Shown one piece after another: positions 1-10,760 of a stretch of 64,000 bases of DNA. Origin of the DNA: Dicyema japonicum. Lineage: Eukaryota > Animalia > Dicyemida. The stretch lies in assembly GCA_011109175.1 (NCBI GenBank), contig RDEW01000011.1:242193-306192 (forward strand), given 5' to 3'. The notes below the pieces were generated by a model. It worked only from the letters and a program-made list of their open reading frames with translations, ran no database searches and had not been told where the DNA came from. The translations under genes and the position numbers were made by a program. Positions within the stretch are counted from its first letter, which is position 1. Each line of letters opens with the position of its first letter.

Positions 1-479
1 TTTCTAAAGAAACTGAGGTCTGGATACAGTCAGAAAAGATGGCTTCGTGAAATCCAGTGGCCAACATAATTCATGAAACATTTTTATGAGTTCTACCCTT
101 AGCAGTCTGCACTTCACACGTAATCCTTTTTCCTATATATCCTTTTGAATTCATCGATCCTCTCTTCAACCATATAGTTCCTAAAGGTATTTTCTACTTT
201 TAATTTAGCTCATCTTTTAATGACCCCCTTTTCCCATTCAACATTGTCGGGAGCGCGGTAGACAATCCAGAGGTTTTTTCAAGTTTATCTCTGTATTCAG
301 AGAATGTGGCCTAGGAAAGAGATCATTTTTATTCATATGTCGAGGATTTATACTACATGTTAGATGTTCGCAAAAGTATTCATTTTCTCAGAAAAAGAAC
401 TGAAATCAAACAGGTTTATAGCAACAAGTTTTAAGATGAGGTAAATTTATTAAATTAATAAATAATTAATTAACAAAGC

Positions 480-1175
480 CATCCATCCAAAGTGGACCCC
501 GCAGAAATAGTCGACGTTGAGTTCCCTCTCGCGGTCGCAACAGAGATCAACTGGAGAACTCACTGAGTCTCACGTGAGTCGTGGCTTTTTAGTGTAGCTA
601 GGCATCCAATTTTCTTTAGGAAACGAAGCGATTTCCAACTTATTCCTCCAGTTGTCTCAACAACAATAGGTAGAACGTGAATCGATCTCGTACGCTTCGT
701 ATTTTTCTCTTTGCCCTCATTGTTTTTCCCAGACATATAGTGTATCTACCGCGTTCCCGGCAATGTTGGATGGGCAAAGGGGATCGACACATGTAGCATC
801 CCATACTAAAGGTTTCTCTTTCTAGAATGGAATAATTGTGATTCAGTCAGGCCGTTTTCCGTCTCCTCTGTCCAAGCCAACAGGTTGGAGAGGTATCCAG
901 CAGACTCCAGGGCACGCTTAACAATTCCGTTGATCGCCTTATGTCTCGAGAATCGTCCTGCACTTCTTCGAAAAGAAAGGCATGTCCATAACAGTCGACG
1001 GTACCACCACACCGGCATTTGTGAGTCTGGCAAAACTTCTGTTCAAGTCTGATGCAGATACCGGTGCGGACTGTGTCATCATCAAGGTAGCTCCAGACTC
1101 TACCAAAGGGGAGGGAATTGACCCAAGCGCCACTCCATTCGTTTCTTCCACTGACGAGAAATACAAGTTCATTTG
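480..1175 (-). mobile_element. CRE-clade non-LTR retrotransposon, degenerate 3' fragment (CCHC finger + restriction-like endonuclease)
   Basis: SGAWVNSLP...LDDDTVRTGICIRL...HKCRCG..DCYGH, RHKAINGIVKRAL, then degraded RPDG/WDATC motifs; same family as the cleaner copy at 34513-35196. Confidence 0.8.
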
Positions 1176-1434
1176 GATAGTTCTCTTCCGACAATAAGAA
1201 TTTTTGTTGAATAAATAAGTTTGTCAAAACATATGCAGCAAATAAAACTTTGGAATTAATCAAAAATTTGGAATGAAACCAAATTTCCCAAATCATATTA
1301 CACACTCAAAAATAATTGCTTAATAATTTTAGCTTATAAACGATTTTTTAAAATGATTTTTGATTTTTAGAAAATGATATTTTTGTTTTGCACATTATTT
1401 TGTGCTTTTGTTGGTAATTTTCTAACAATTTTAG

Positions 1435-1760
1435 ATAATAATAATAACAGCCTTTTTCACGGAGCCGTGGTATTAGCTCCGCATAGGCAGGACACACAGT
1501 TAATTTTAGTAAAGAACAGTTAATTTTAACTAATCGTAGAACCAAGGAATGATCTTCACTTTTTTTTCTTTTTCTTGTGTGTGGGTTTTTTCTAGACAAT
1601 CCAGTTCCGCAGTGAGAGTCCACTGATGACGGCGTCATTCGTCAAGCCATTTTAGCATCGTAGATGCGAGAACCTTCCACCAGGTGAACAGCAGCGAGAA
1701 TCGAACCCGTAACCTAAGTCACTTTAGCCCGACACTTAACCACTATTAACCACTATGCCA
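1435..1760 (-). mobile_element. tRNA-derived SINE
   Basis: Minus strand starts TGGCATAGTGG (A box) ... GGTTCGATTC (B box) and ends in a (TTA)n tail; the body recurs at 18060-18162, 18443-18560, 21010-21093 plus 21884-21972, and 63080-63240. Confidence 0.75.
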
Positions 1761-1869
1761 CAATTTTAGATAACAAGCACTTTTTTCGAAATAAACGTTA
1801 TTCTGGTGACAAATTTGTTTTCATTTAATATTTTACATATAGCAAAAAGGTTTCGATTATAATAAAAAC

Positions 1870-2455
1870 CAAATGAGAGAGTACATAAGTAACCTGTTTG
1901 AGTTCTCTCGAAAATTATGCAATTGTTTATGATTCAGTATTTTGGAGCAATCAAAATAGAATCAAAACTTAGAAATTATACTTCATTAGTTACACTACAT
2001 CAACTAATTCTTTTGAAGCTGAATGCGAAAATAATAAAAATTATTTTTATAAAGTAGACGCAGTTTTATTATTTGGGTGATTATTCAAACTAATTCTTAG
2101 AGATGCTAACGTCAAAGGCCTATCGGGTCAAAAGGGAGCGGGAATCGAATTGTCAAAGACTGTCTGCACCACCCAAGCATTGGGAATCATTTATAAAAGA
2201 GACAACCAAAAATGGCTGCAGAAATTATGTCTCATGAGTTATTCCACTTGCTTGGGTTTCCGCACGTCAAAGCGACTGACAGTAACTGTGATGAAAACTG
2301 TTGAACATGCGTATAAATATTCTTTATTTTGAGACATGTTTCAAAATTAATACTTGACTGCGTCTGCATTGGAGAGCAAATAAAAGTGCCTTGCAACTTG
2401 TTTTAATTTTAGTCGATGTTAATAATGATGTTCCCGATGATGAAGTGACCATCTA
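1870..2455 (+). pseudogene. ADAM/reprolysin-type (M12B) zinc metalloprotease domain, frameshifted and truncated by a hAT element
   Basis: AEIMSHELFHLLGFPH (HExxHxxGxxH, 2233-2265); upstream VDAVLLFG|DANV..TVCTTQALGII joined over a 24-nt GT-AG intron (2077-2100); one-base shift in the A-run 2208-2212. Confidence 0.7.
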
Positions 2456-2457
2456 TA

Positions 2458-2910
2458 ATAGTGCTTCCCGATTGAGGGTGCTCGCACCCCCTAGGAATGC
2501 GAGAAATTTTTTAAGGATGTGCGAGAAATAATCTAAAAAATCATGATTACTCGTGTGTCAAAGTCGTGAATTTCATTTGAGGAAGGGCTTTAAATCATAG
2601 ACTGTTCAAAGCATTATGTATTGATTATAATGCAGACGCCACTGTTTTCTTGTATCGTACCAATGTTAGATGGCTGTCAAGAGGTCGTGTTTCGAGAAAA
2701 TAAGCGATAGAAATGAGGATAAAGACCATTTAACTGAAATACAAGCATGTACATCACTGAAAATGTTGTACGACTCAAATTTTTGGAGGTTTTTTGGTGC
2801 AGTTCTCAAGTTGGGTTTCCGACCCTTGGAAAAAAGCACTGCAAGTTCTGGTTCCATTTGCAACAACTTGGCTATGTGAATCTGGATTTTCATCTCCACT
2901 ATATATAAAA
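2458..2910 (+). mobile_element. hAT (Buster/ZBED-like) remnant
   Basis: hAT-like terminus tagtgcttccc...cgcaccccctagg and dimerisation-domain peptide KKALQVLVPFATTWLCESGFS. Confidence 0.7.
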
Positions 2911-3221
2911 ATACTAATATGTCAAATGGAGCTAATTTATGGATTTACGCCGTTCTTCTTCTCCATGTACAATTGTTAATTATTAGTAGGGCATTAATTA
3001 TCTAATAATAATTACCAGCAAGTCTCGACTGGGAAAAGGTGTCAGTACGGCCCCATCCCGAATCAAGTATTTCTCACCAAGAGAAGGGCAAGACCCGCTT
3101 CTGGGCGCTTTCAATCTCCACGATCCAGGCCCACCGATTATAAAGACAACAGGAATCCAGTCGCCTCAAGAGAGCGCTTCACAACCCCGTTGATGGCTGC
3201 GTGCCTAACATTAATAAAAAT

Positions 3222-3478
3222 TATGTTATGTTGTCCAATTAAGTCGTATCCGACCCTTGGAGATCTCATGAACGACTCCCCGATCCGTTGCAATTTAAAG
3301 TAGCCTTGATATAGGCATTCCCGTGACGTCTTCCACCGTGGATAGTCACCGAGTCCTTGGTCGGCCAGGTGTTCTCTTCCCAGTAATTTTACCTTAGCAT
3401 AATGGGTCTTTCCAGTGAATCAGAGCGGACAACATGCCTAAAGAACGCCAATCTGTGTTTTACAATCTTCCTTCTAGC
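3222..3478 (-). mobile_element. RTE-clade LINE, 5'-truncated 3' end
   Basis: Homologous to 20354-20740 and 33985-34372 (RLAFFGHVVRSDSLE..GRPRTRW); (ATAAC)n tail. Confidence 0.8.
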
Positions 3479-4411
3479 AAAACATTAATGAAATTACAGA
3501 TTAAAAATAAAATTTGATATTATATCTGGAGACCTGCTCGAGATACGAGAAAAAGCCATCCATTTGTGGCAATTGATCTAGGACTCCAAAACTATCAGCA
3601 AGAGAAAGGATTGTTTAGACATCGTGATCACTTGATTTAGACGATAACTATTAACTTCTTTCTTGTGGCATATTGTGAAGGAATAAATTAAAACGCGCTG
3701 GGGAGAATAAGATCCACGAAGAGAAATCGTGGTGTCCATTTTGAAGGACCAATCAATGCAAATTCCTTTGGGAACTTTGGCTGGTGGGGTGATTCAAAAT
3801 CACCAATTTTCTAAGAAAATCGATACTAGGGCTTTCTCCTTTGACGTAAAGCCACTGTGAATGTTCAGCGTTCGAATCGCCGCAGATAAATATTTTGTTG
3901 GGAAACTAGAAACAACGTCATCTTTTTCAACTTGTTCCTGTCACAAGAAAGTTCCCGTAATCTATCTACGTCATCTCCTCATATGAGCCGCTTCCAAATT
4001 AATCTCCTCATATGAGCCGCGTCGAGACAATCGGGAAGGTGGTCCTTGGTCATCCACTGAATCATGAAGCATAGGAAGAAAAGAAGTCTTCCATTGCCAT
4101 GTTAGCTGGGATTTCAAGTCCATTTTTAATATATGCCCAAAAAGCCTCTATCGAACTTCCCCAATTTCAATCGAAAATTTCAAGAACCCTCATGGAATCA
4201 ATCGATTCATAACATTCAAGAGCCTCATAAAGATATATCTATGGTGCTCCTTTGGCAGGGCCTTGGTGCATCCGTAGCCTCATTATATCCGAAAATTCGC
4301 TTATCTTATGTCTTTTGAGTCCGAAAAGAGGACAAGAGGTTACATCCATATAGAGAAGATGAAGACAATAAGTTTACAGGATCTATGCGTTAGTTCACAA
4401 TTTTAATTTAA

Positions 4412-4770
4412 TTTATTGAACCCAAACCACCGTTAATTCCAAAATAACCAAATTTCAGGTGATCCCAGCCTCCCTCAACAGTCTCCGCATCTTTTCTCAG
4501 TGTTCTTACTGTGTTCCTGCGCATTCTCCTGACATGACGAGTCTCCACCTGAAAAGTGCCCTGATGTGTAGGAAGAGCCGTCTAGGGAGAACTCCTCTAA
4601 ATGGTCGTTGACAAATGGTTTTTTTTGGATACACTTTTACTTGTATCTGACGCCACCATACAAGGCGAACCACATGACGCACGCTAATTAAGTGAATTGG
4701 GAACAGACGAACAAAACAGAGACTTTAATCAATTAGCCACGAAGCAGCACATGGCTCCACGCGGCCTATA
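4412..4770 (-). mobile_element. Short bipartite non-autonomous retroposon (RIME-like, Ingi-derived), copy 3
   Basis: Reverse complement aligns with 9258-9597 and 53487-53791 (gtgcgtcatgtggttcgcc..., gagggaggctgggatcacctgaa). Confidence 0.65.
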
Positions 4771-4863
4771 TTCAAAAAAACCGTGCACAATAACTACGTC
4801 ATCAACTCAACCATCCGACAAATCGATTACTAAATTAACTGGTTTAATGGATTTTTGAATATT

Positions 4864-5231
4864 TTAAAATTTATTATACCAAATTAATTCCTTCTGCTGA
4901 TTACTTGGAAAAAGGTTATCCTTCTGTCCCTTTTCTTTCATTAAATTACCATGGTGTCAGGCAATCCGCTCTCAGGAGGCGTCTAGTACCAAGGCGGCAT
5001 TAAAAATCATTTGGTCTTCTCCACTTACTGGATAATTCTTCTGATTGGTTCTTACAACAGGTGTTCGTTTGAAATAGCTTGTCTCTCCGTCTGCTACATT
5101 GTAAACTAAATGCATTCCTAACGTCAACCAATCGAGATATCTTACCTTCATTATTGCTTAAATAATTCAAATATGTGAATCCACGTGTTCAATCACCAAT
5201 CAAGACCATAGTCAGTAGTGAGAGAGTACAT
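4864..5231 (-). CDS. Putative small spliced gene of unknown function, divergent from XBP1
   Basis: An open frame MYSLTTDYGLDC...RTNQKNYP...ELIWYNKF* can be built with four GT-AG introns (two with GTAAG donors); no homology recognised. Confidence 0.25.
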
Positions 5232-5597
5232 AGTTTCTTCAAGATATTTGAAGTTGAAAGAGAACAAATTTAGCAATAATATCGAGATTATATATCCAAA
5301 TAAGGTTTTCAGAAAATACCTTATTTGGATAAAACGTCATGTATTAATGAAATAATTTTATATGAACTATTAAGTTAACTTCATTCACAACAACAACAAA
5401 TCGATCGTATTATCCATTAAATATTGTCTACTAACACATTTTTGTAAATATTATTAAAAGGCTTAAAAAAACCTTATAATGAGATTTTATTTGTTTATTA
5501 ACTAAATTAAAAATTATAATAATTAAATATTTATTTACTGAATTTTTGAATGGTTAACCAAAATATAATACGCTAATTGACAATCAATACTAATTAG

Positions 5598-6210
5598 ATG
5601 GATGATCATTGTGGTGCTTTTTCTATGTCTATTGATTATTCTTCCAACCACTCAAAAGTTGAGGATAAACTTATGAAACGGTTCAAATGCTTTATTTATC
5701 TCTAGGAAAATAAAAACAGAATCGCTGCTCAAATAGCACGACAGGAAGAAACTCTACATAAGCGATTTAGAGGAACGTCTAAAAGACCTGGAAAAATCCA
5801 ATGCTCTCCTCACTATGCAAAACAAGGGCCTTGATCGACAAAAATAGAGACCTGACTGAAAAAATTACTGAAATAACTCGCCATGGAGCTAGTGAGTCAC
5901 TGCCGCTTTTCAAGTCCGCTGAACTTGAGTCTTCTCCGCAGCAGAAGACGGCAGTGATCACTTCCCTCCTCTTAATAACTCTTTTTTTGATAAAGTCGTC
6001 TTTGACGACGACCCTATTGGAGAGTGGAGTGCGAAACAAAATTTATTTTACGGAGACTCAGATGGATCTTTTGGATGGACCGCTGACGATTTCTTTGCTG
6101 GTGAAATTAATCGTGTTGCAGTTGACGAGGATTGGGCATTTCCTTTTGGTTTGAGAAGTCCGGGTCAGTTTAAAGATTATATTAACTTTGATCCTTTCTC
6201 GCTCAATTAA
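5598..6210 (+). CDS. XBP1: X-box binding protein 1 (bZIP UPR transcription factor); unspliced form stops at 6154, IRE1-spliced form at 6210
   Basis: EDKLMKR|KIKNRIAAQIARDRKKLYISDLEERLKDLEKSNALLTMQNKALIDKN matches the XBP1 bZIP; 25-nt GT-AG intron 5681-5705; hydrophobic C-terminus in the unspliced frame and acidic/aromatic C-terminus in the spliced frame; three small indels in the bZIP (5712-5716, about 5740, 5826-5828) must be corrected. Confidence 0.9.
5891..5962 (+). other. IRE1-cleaved bifurcated stem-loop with a 20-nt unconventional intron (5919-5938)
   Basis: 7-nt loops CCG|CTGA (stem TCAAGT/ACTTGA) and CCG|CAGC (stem TCTTCT/AGAAGA) on a basal stem TCACTGCCG/CGGCAGTGA extended by AGTGA/TCACT. 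Confidence 0.92.
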
Positions 6211-7267
6211 ACTGGGGTGATAATAAATTATTTATTTATTTGGGACTTTTGAATTTATAATAAGCAATTACCTGACTAGTCACGTTTATAGCGTTTTTAA
6301 TTAAAAATTAAGCAAAATAGCTTTATTATCAAAAAATCTAAGTTAATCTAAATAATCTGGTATTTTTGCATTTCTTGTGACCGTTAATGTCCTAGCTATT
6401 CGTGGATCCACGGCTGGCTGTCATAGAAGGATCATTCAAAGAGCGTCAAGGGAGACTCGAAGAGGTCGGAAATAATATTATAATCATCTATTTTTGAAAA
6501 CCTTTTTGGGTCGCTGTTGAACATACGATTTTAAATCACATCTTTATCCTTATCAGCTCGGAATCGATGCAAACTCATAAAGTCAGGGCCCACATTCTGC
6601 AAGGCCTGCCAATCCAAGGAAAAGTCTGTCAAGTGCGTGAACTATGGCAACGAGGTATACAGGATGAGTTATGTAAAGTGTCTCCTCTATCAAAAGACCT
6701 CGAATAAGGTACTAGAGGGAAGACGACGAGTGCCCTACTCTAAGATGGGTAGCGATGTAAGCACTATCCATCGTATGGTAAAAAGCTACTGTATCAGTAG
6801 TGGTTCCACTTTCCCTAATGCCATTATGGCTATAGCCATGTGTTAAAGGAAAGAGAAGGATCCAAAATTATTTTTCAATATTGTTTTGTTGTATCTACTT
6901 GGAATTATTTGTAAATTGAGTGGCCTTTCAATTTTTTGACCTTTTAAAGTCAAACCTCTAGCATAGACTGTGTGTACGTCTAACAATTTTATTATACCTT
7001 CTGGTATAATCAGAGTTTAGCGTCCGACTACTGTAGCAAATTTGGAAAGGAGTTAGAGTTCGAGATGTTTCGTAGACCATAGAACCGATAATCCCACCTA
7101 TGTTATTAACAACATAGGTGCTAACTGTAATCCTCATGTTCACTGTAGACTACAAATCCTTAGCGCTAATTTCTCTATTCTAAGGAACTCGAGTTTATAG
7201 CCAAAATAATCAAAAATTTCAAGATTTTAAAAATAAACACGGAGAAGATTAGAAAGGCAACCATAAA

Positions 7268-7940
7268 TTAATAATATGGGACATCCACGTAATTTGCTGT
7301 GGACGCAATTATTTTGACTTCTTTAATCGGTATATCACTAGTGGATGTCTGGGACTGACCAATAAGCTTCACAATATCCTACAAATAAGAGGAAGCTTAA
7401 CCATCCCTTCAATGACCTTTCCGAATACTACATGCTTTCCATTTAGCCAGGGAGTAGCGGCGAGGGTAATAAAGAACTGCGACCCATTAGTATTTGGACC
7501 GCTATTGGCCATTGACAATATCCCCCAGTCACTGTGAGTGAGCTTGAAGTTCTCGTCATCAAACTTAGTTCCGTAGATAGATTTTCCTTTTATAACATTT
7601 GCAAGCAACCACCAGTCCCGTCGCTATTTGTAAAGTCTCCACCTTGAATCATAAAGCTATCGATAACTCTGTGAAAGATGGAGTCCTTGTAGGAGAGATT
7701 GGGATACTTTGTTGAGCATTAAAACATTACAGTGCCGTTTGCCAAATGAAAGAAATTTTCTGCAGTTTTTGGCACGGTTTTTCCGAAAAGTCCAATTTTG
7801 ATTGTTCCGACGGATTCGCCTCCAACGCTGATGACAAATTCAACCTGAGTTTGTACACTATGAATACCTCGTGAGTTATGAGTGGTCCACGCAAAGCAAC
7901 AAAATGACAGAAACAGTAAACAGAACATTAGTGAAACCAT
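7268..7940 (-). CDS. PPIB: Cyclophilin B-type peptidyl-prolyl isomerase with signal peptide
   Basis: GPLITHE|[68 protein letters not shown]; introns 7845-7867 (23 nt), 7707-7730 (24), 7587-7609 (23), 7379-7401 (23); one extra base in the run at 7901-7904 if intron 1 is spliced. Confidence 0.93.
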
Positions 7941-8019
7941 GACGCCTACTAAAATCAATAATTATTATTTAAATAAAAAATGATTTTTTAATAAATAATT
8001 TTACAATCTCAGTTAGCCC

Positions 8020-8760
8020 AGATCTCAATAGTTTGTAGTAGGCCAGCTGTCTTCAAACGACCAGCAGCTAATGATGGACGCTTCCACAAGTCACTGATAG
8101 TCAGTGCAGGAGAAAGCTCTGACTAGATTGTCCTCCAGTGGAAGAATAGTGGATTCGGGTTGGTGTGCATGTTGCAACCTATGATTTTTCGCAGAGTTCT
8201 ATTTTGAACCATTTGGAGTTTTTGGAGGTCGTCCGGATAGGGGTTGCATAGTTCAATCTTGTTCTAATGAATTGTTTGAAGATTACATTCAGAGCTCTTT
8301 TGTTTTGGTTGAAGTTACTTCCAGCCAAAGCGCGGAGAGTTATCAACTTCGTTTTTGCCTTTGCAACCACGTTATCCGCATGGTAGGTAATTGCCTGGCA
8401 TCGTCGTAAATGACCCCCTGGATTTCTCTGAATGATTGGACAAATGTTCGATAAAGTAATCTTGCTGCGTAGGACATGACGGGTGGTCTTGTCAAAGTCT
8501 TTACTTATGTCAATAGAGGCCAGGAATGCTGAGAGGAGGATTGTGGTTGTTGAATCTATCGGGAATAAAGTCAGTTAACTCGATCAGGTGGGTGGAGGTT
8601 GGATGCCTAAACCAGATTCTGTATTGTGATTTGGCAAGATATTTGTTTGTAATCAAGAATTTATGTAATCAAGTACCTGCCATTCCAAAATCTTTGAGGC
8701 TGCACAAAAAAGGAGATTAGACAAAATGATCCTGGGTCACACGGGTTTTTGTTGGGATTA
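8020..8760 (-). mobile_element. Ingi/I-group LINE remnant (RT and downstream region)
   Basis: Degraded NHNPPLSIxLASIDISKDFD and LITLRALAGSNF..KQFIRTRLNYA motifs. Confidence 0.65.
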
Positions 8761-9257
8761 TTGTAGATTGCTTCCAAAGTATAGGAACAAAACCCGAGTT
8801 TAATGACTTCCTTAAGATGGTCATGAAGACCTGCAATCAATATGGTACAAGATTCTTTAGATTAGGCATGTCAATTTTTATACGGTCGACGACATTGGAG
8901 CGGACCGCGTCATTTAGATGATACCATCAGAGAAAAGCAGTTGATTTCTGTCAATGTCGTTAAATTGACAGGCCGCGATTATGAGCGTTCTAAGTGATCA
9001 GAAGACGTCATATGCTTAAACTTTACGCTTGCCCTTATATTCGAACGTTCCCAGAACAAGATACTGTTCTACAAAGTGCGTGCTTCTACGTGTTTGATGG
9101 AATATTGTGCGCTTAGGTCCATAAAATAATACAGTCCGACTCCGAAAAAGTACAAAATTCTCCAATTTTGAGGTTTTCCCCAAAAATGAATATTTATTAA
9201 AAACAAGATAAATCATTAGATTTTTGTATATTGTACTTTTAATGCCTTTTGTACAGG

Positions 9258-9597
9258 AACTATGCCACGTGGCGCCAACGTTAGTGTAGTACTTTGGTTA
9301 CATGAATTGAAGATTATTTGTTTGATTCCTCTGTTCCTCCTCTTCCCCTTTGGCTACAGGGAGCTTAAATTGTTAGTGTGCGTCATGTGGTTCACCATCT
9401 TTAGTGGCGCGGATATAATCCTAAATTATATCCAAAAGGACCATTACTCAACAACCATTTAGAGGAGTTTTTCCTGGACGGCACTTCCTTCAAGTTAGGC
9501 TTAGGCTTAGGTTGCATGCTAAGACTGCTGAGGGAGGACGGGATCACCTGAATTTTTTCATTCTGGCTATGACGGTGTTTTCTGGTTCAATAATATT
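9258..9597 (+). mobile_element. Short bipartite non-autonomous retroposon (RIME-like, Ingi-derived), copy 1
   Basis: Near-collinear with 53487-53791; middle matches the 5' region of the LINE at 23350-23415; end matches the LINE C-terminus (LLREDGIT*) and 3' UTR. Confidence 0.75.
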
Positions 9598-10159
9598 GAA
9601 TTGATAAAGAAATTTGTCATTTTCATGTTATCTTGTTCTTTTTACCGTATTGAATGCACGATATCTGCTTCAAATCTATTTTAAGAACATTTTCAGGAGT
9701 TTCTTGTTTGACTACATTAAGGCGCATTATGAAAGCACGTTCCGTATCTTTCATGACTTCATACTCTAAATGTCTCGCTGTTATCTTCTTCACATCATCA
9801 TAAAAGGTCTCTAAATTTTCATTTTCCAATTATATCCTGATTAACTGGGCTGTTTTCGTTACCATGTTGTTTTCTAGTGTCATAAAGTTCATCCTCAAGA
9901 CTGATTCTTTCGTCCCAGGCCACAAGTAGTTGCAATATCTATCTGTAAGTCATTAGAATGCCTATTTGCAATTTTGCAAACAATAAGTTTTAATGGTGAC
10001 CGAGAAACCTTTGCATCTCAGAGAACGAAAAACTTCTAAATTTCCGTATTAATTGGTACCCATTTACCCAAATTGACTATATCAGCCTTCATATAAGATT
10101 TCTTCCCTTTTCAGTAAGACTTCCTTTAGAGATGCCATACTTTTTCACAAATAAACTGG

Positions 10160-10760
10160 CTCGTGGTGAATGCAGAGAAGTCGTCTACGTCACTATTTAC
10201 CTCGGACAAAAAATTGGGAAGGAAGACAGTCACCTTGAAAGTTAAACAAGGTCGGCATCCCTTTCCACAGATGTCAAAGGATCTTGGGTGTGACAATTGA
10301 TATGCATCTCTGTTTAACACCTCACGTAGAAAACATTCTATTGAATTGCGAGAAGAAAACTGAACGTATTGAAAACTTATTGGAAATATGGAAGAGTGGT
10401 ACTACCCAGTCTTGATGAACGTATACAAACAATACATCGAGCCATGTTTCTCATATGCATCGCCTCGTGGGGTCCGTCCATATCTTGGACAATATGAGGA
10501 AAATTGAGGAAATGCAAAAGAGGGCTTACAAAGTAACGGAGCGTTGGATTTGTGAAGAGCTTCGACCCGGACCTACGCCTCTGGAGCCCTTATGAGACTT
10601 GTCTCCAGATCACGGGGAAATTGGCCCTGAAAATTCGGGGCAGCCGTCCTCATGCGGGCACGAAGGAAGAACGACGGGCAAAGATTAGGTCTTTGTTAAA
10701 ATGCATCGGATCACGTGATAATTAGTTTTGTTTTACCGTGGTCTGGGTTAAATAAATAAA
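10160..10760 (+). mobile_element. Ingi-like LINE 3' fragment
   Basis: AEKSSTSLFTSD, KILGVT.D, YKQYIEPCFSYA motifs; 3' end homologous to 53300-53480 and 21545-21790. Confidence 0.7.

Noticed and set aside
1-440. Possible exon pair with a micro-intron near 188-208 and faint tubulin-like wording (VPKAHLLMTPF)
   Set aside because: No continuous frame or diagnostic motif; cut by the window edge.
5110-5345. CCACGTG, CCAAT and ACGTCA motifs upstream of XBP1 as ERSE/UPRE
   Set aside because: Order and spacing do not fit CCAAT-N9-CCACG; short motifs are expected by chance.
5598-7940. XBP1 adjacent to ER cyclophilin B as a functional UPR cluster
   Set aside because: Only two convergent genes with no shared regulatory evidence; may be coincidence.
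9494-9512. (TTAGGC)3, and TTAGGG pieces at 44563-44582, as telomeric repeats
   Set aside because: Only 2-3 units, embedded in repeats or AT-rich DNA.
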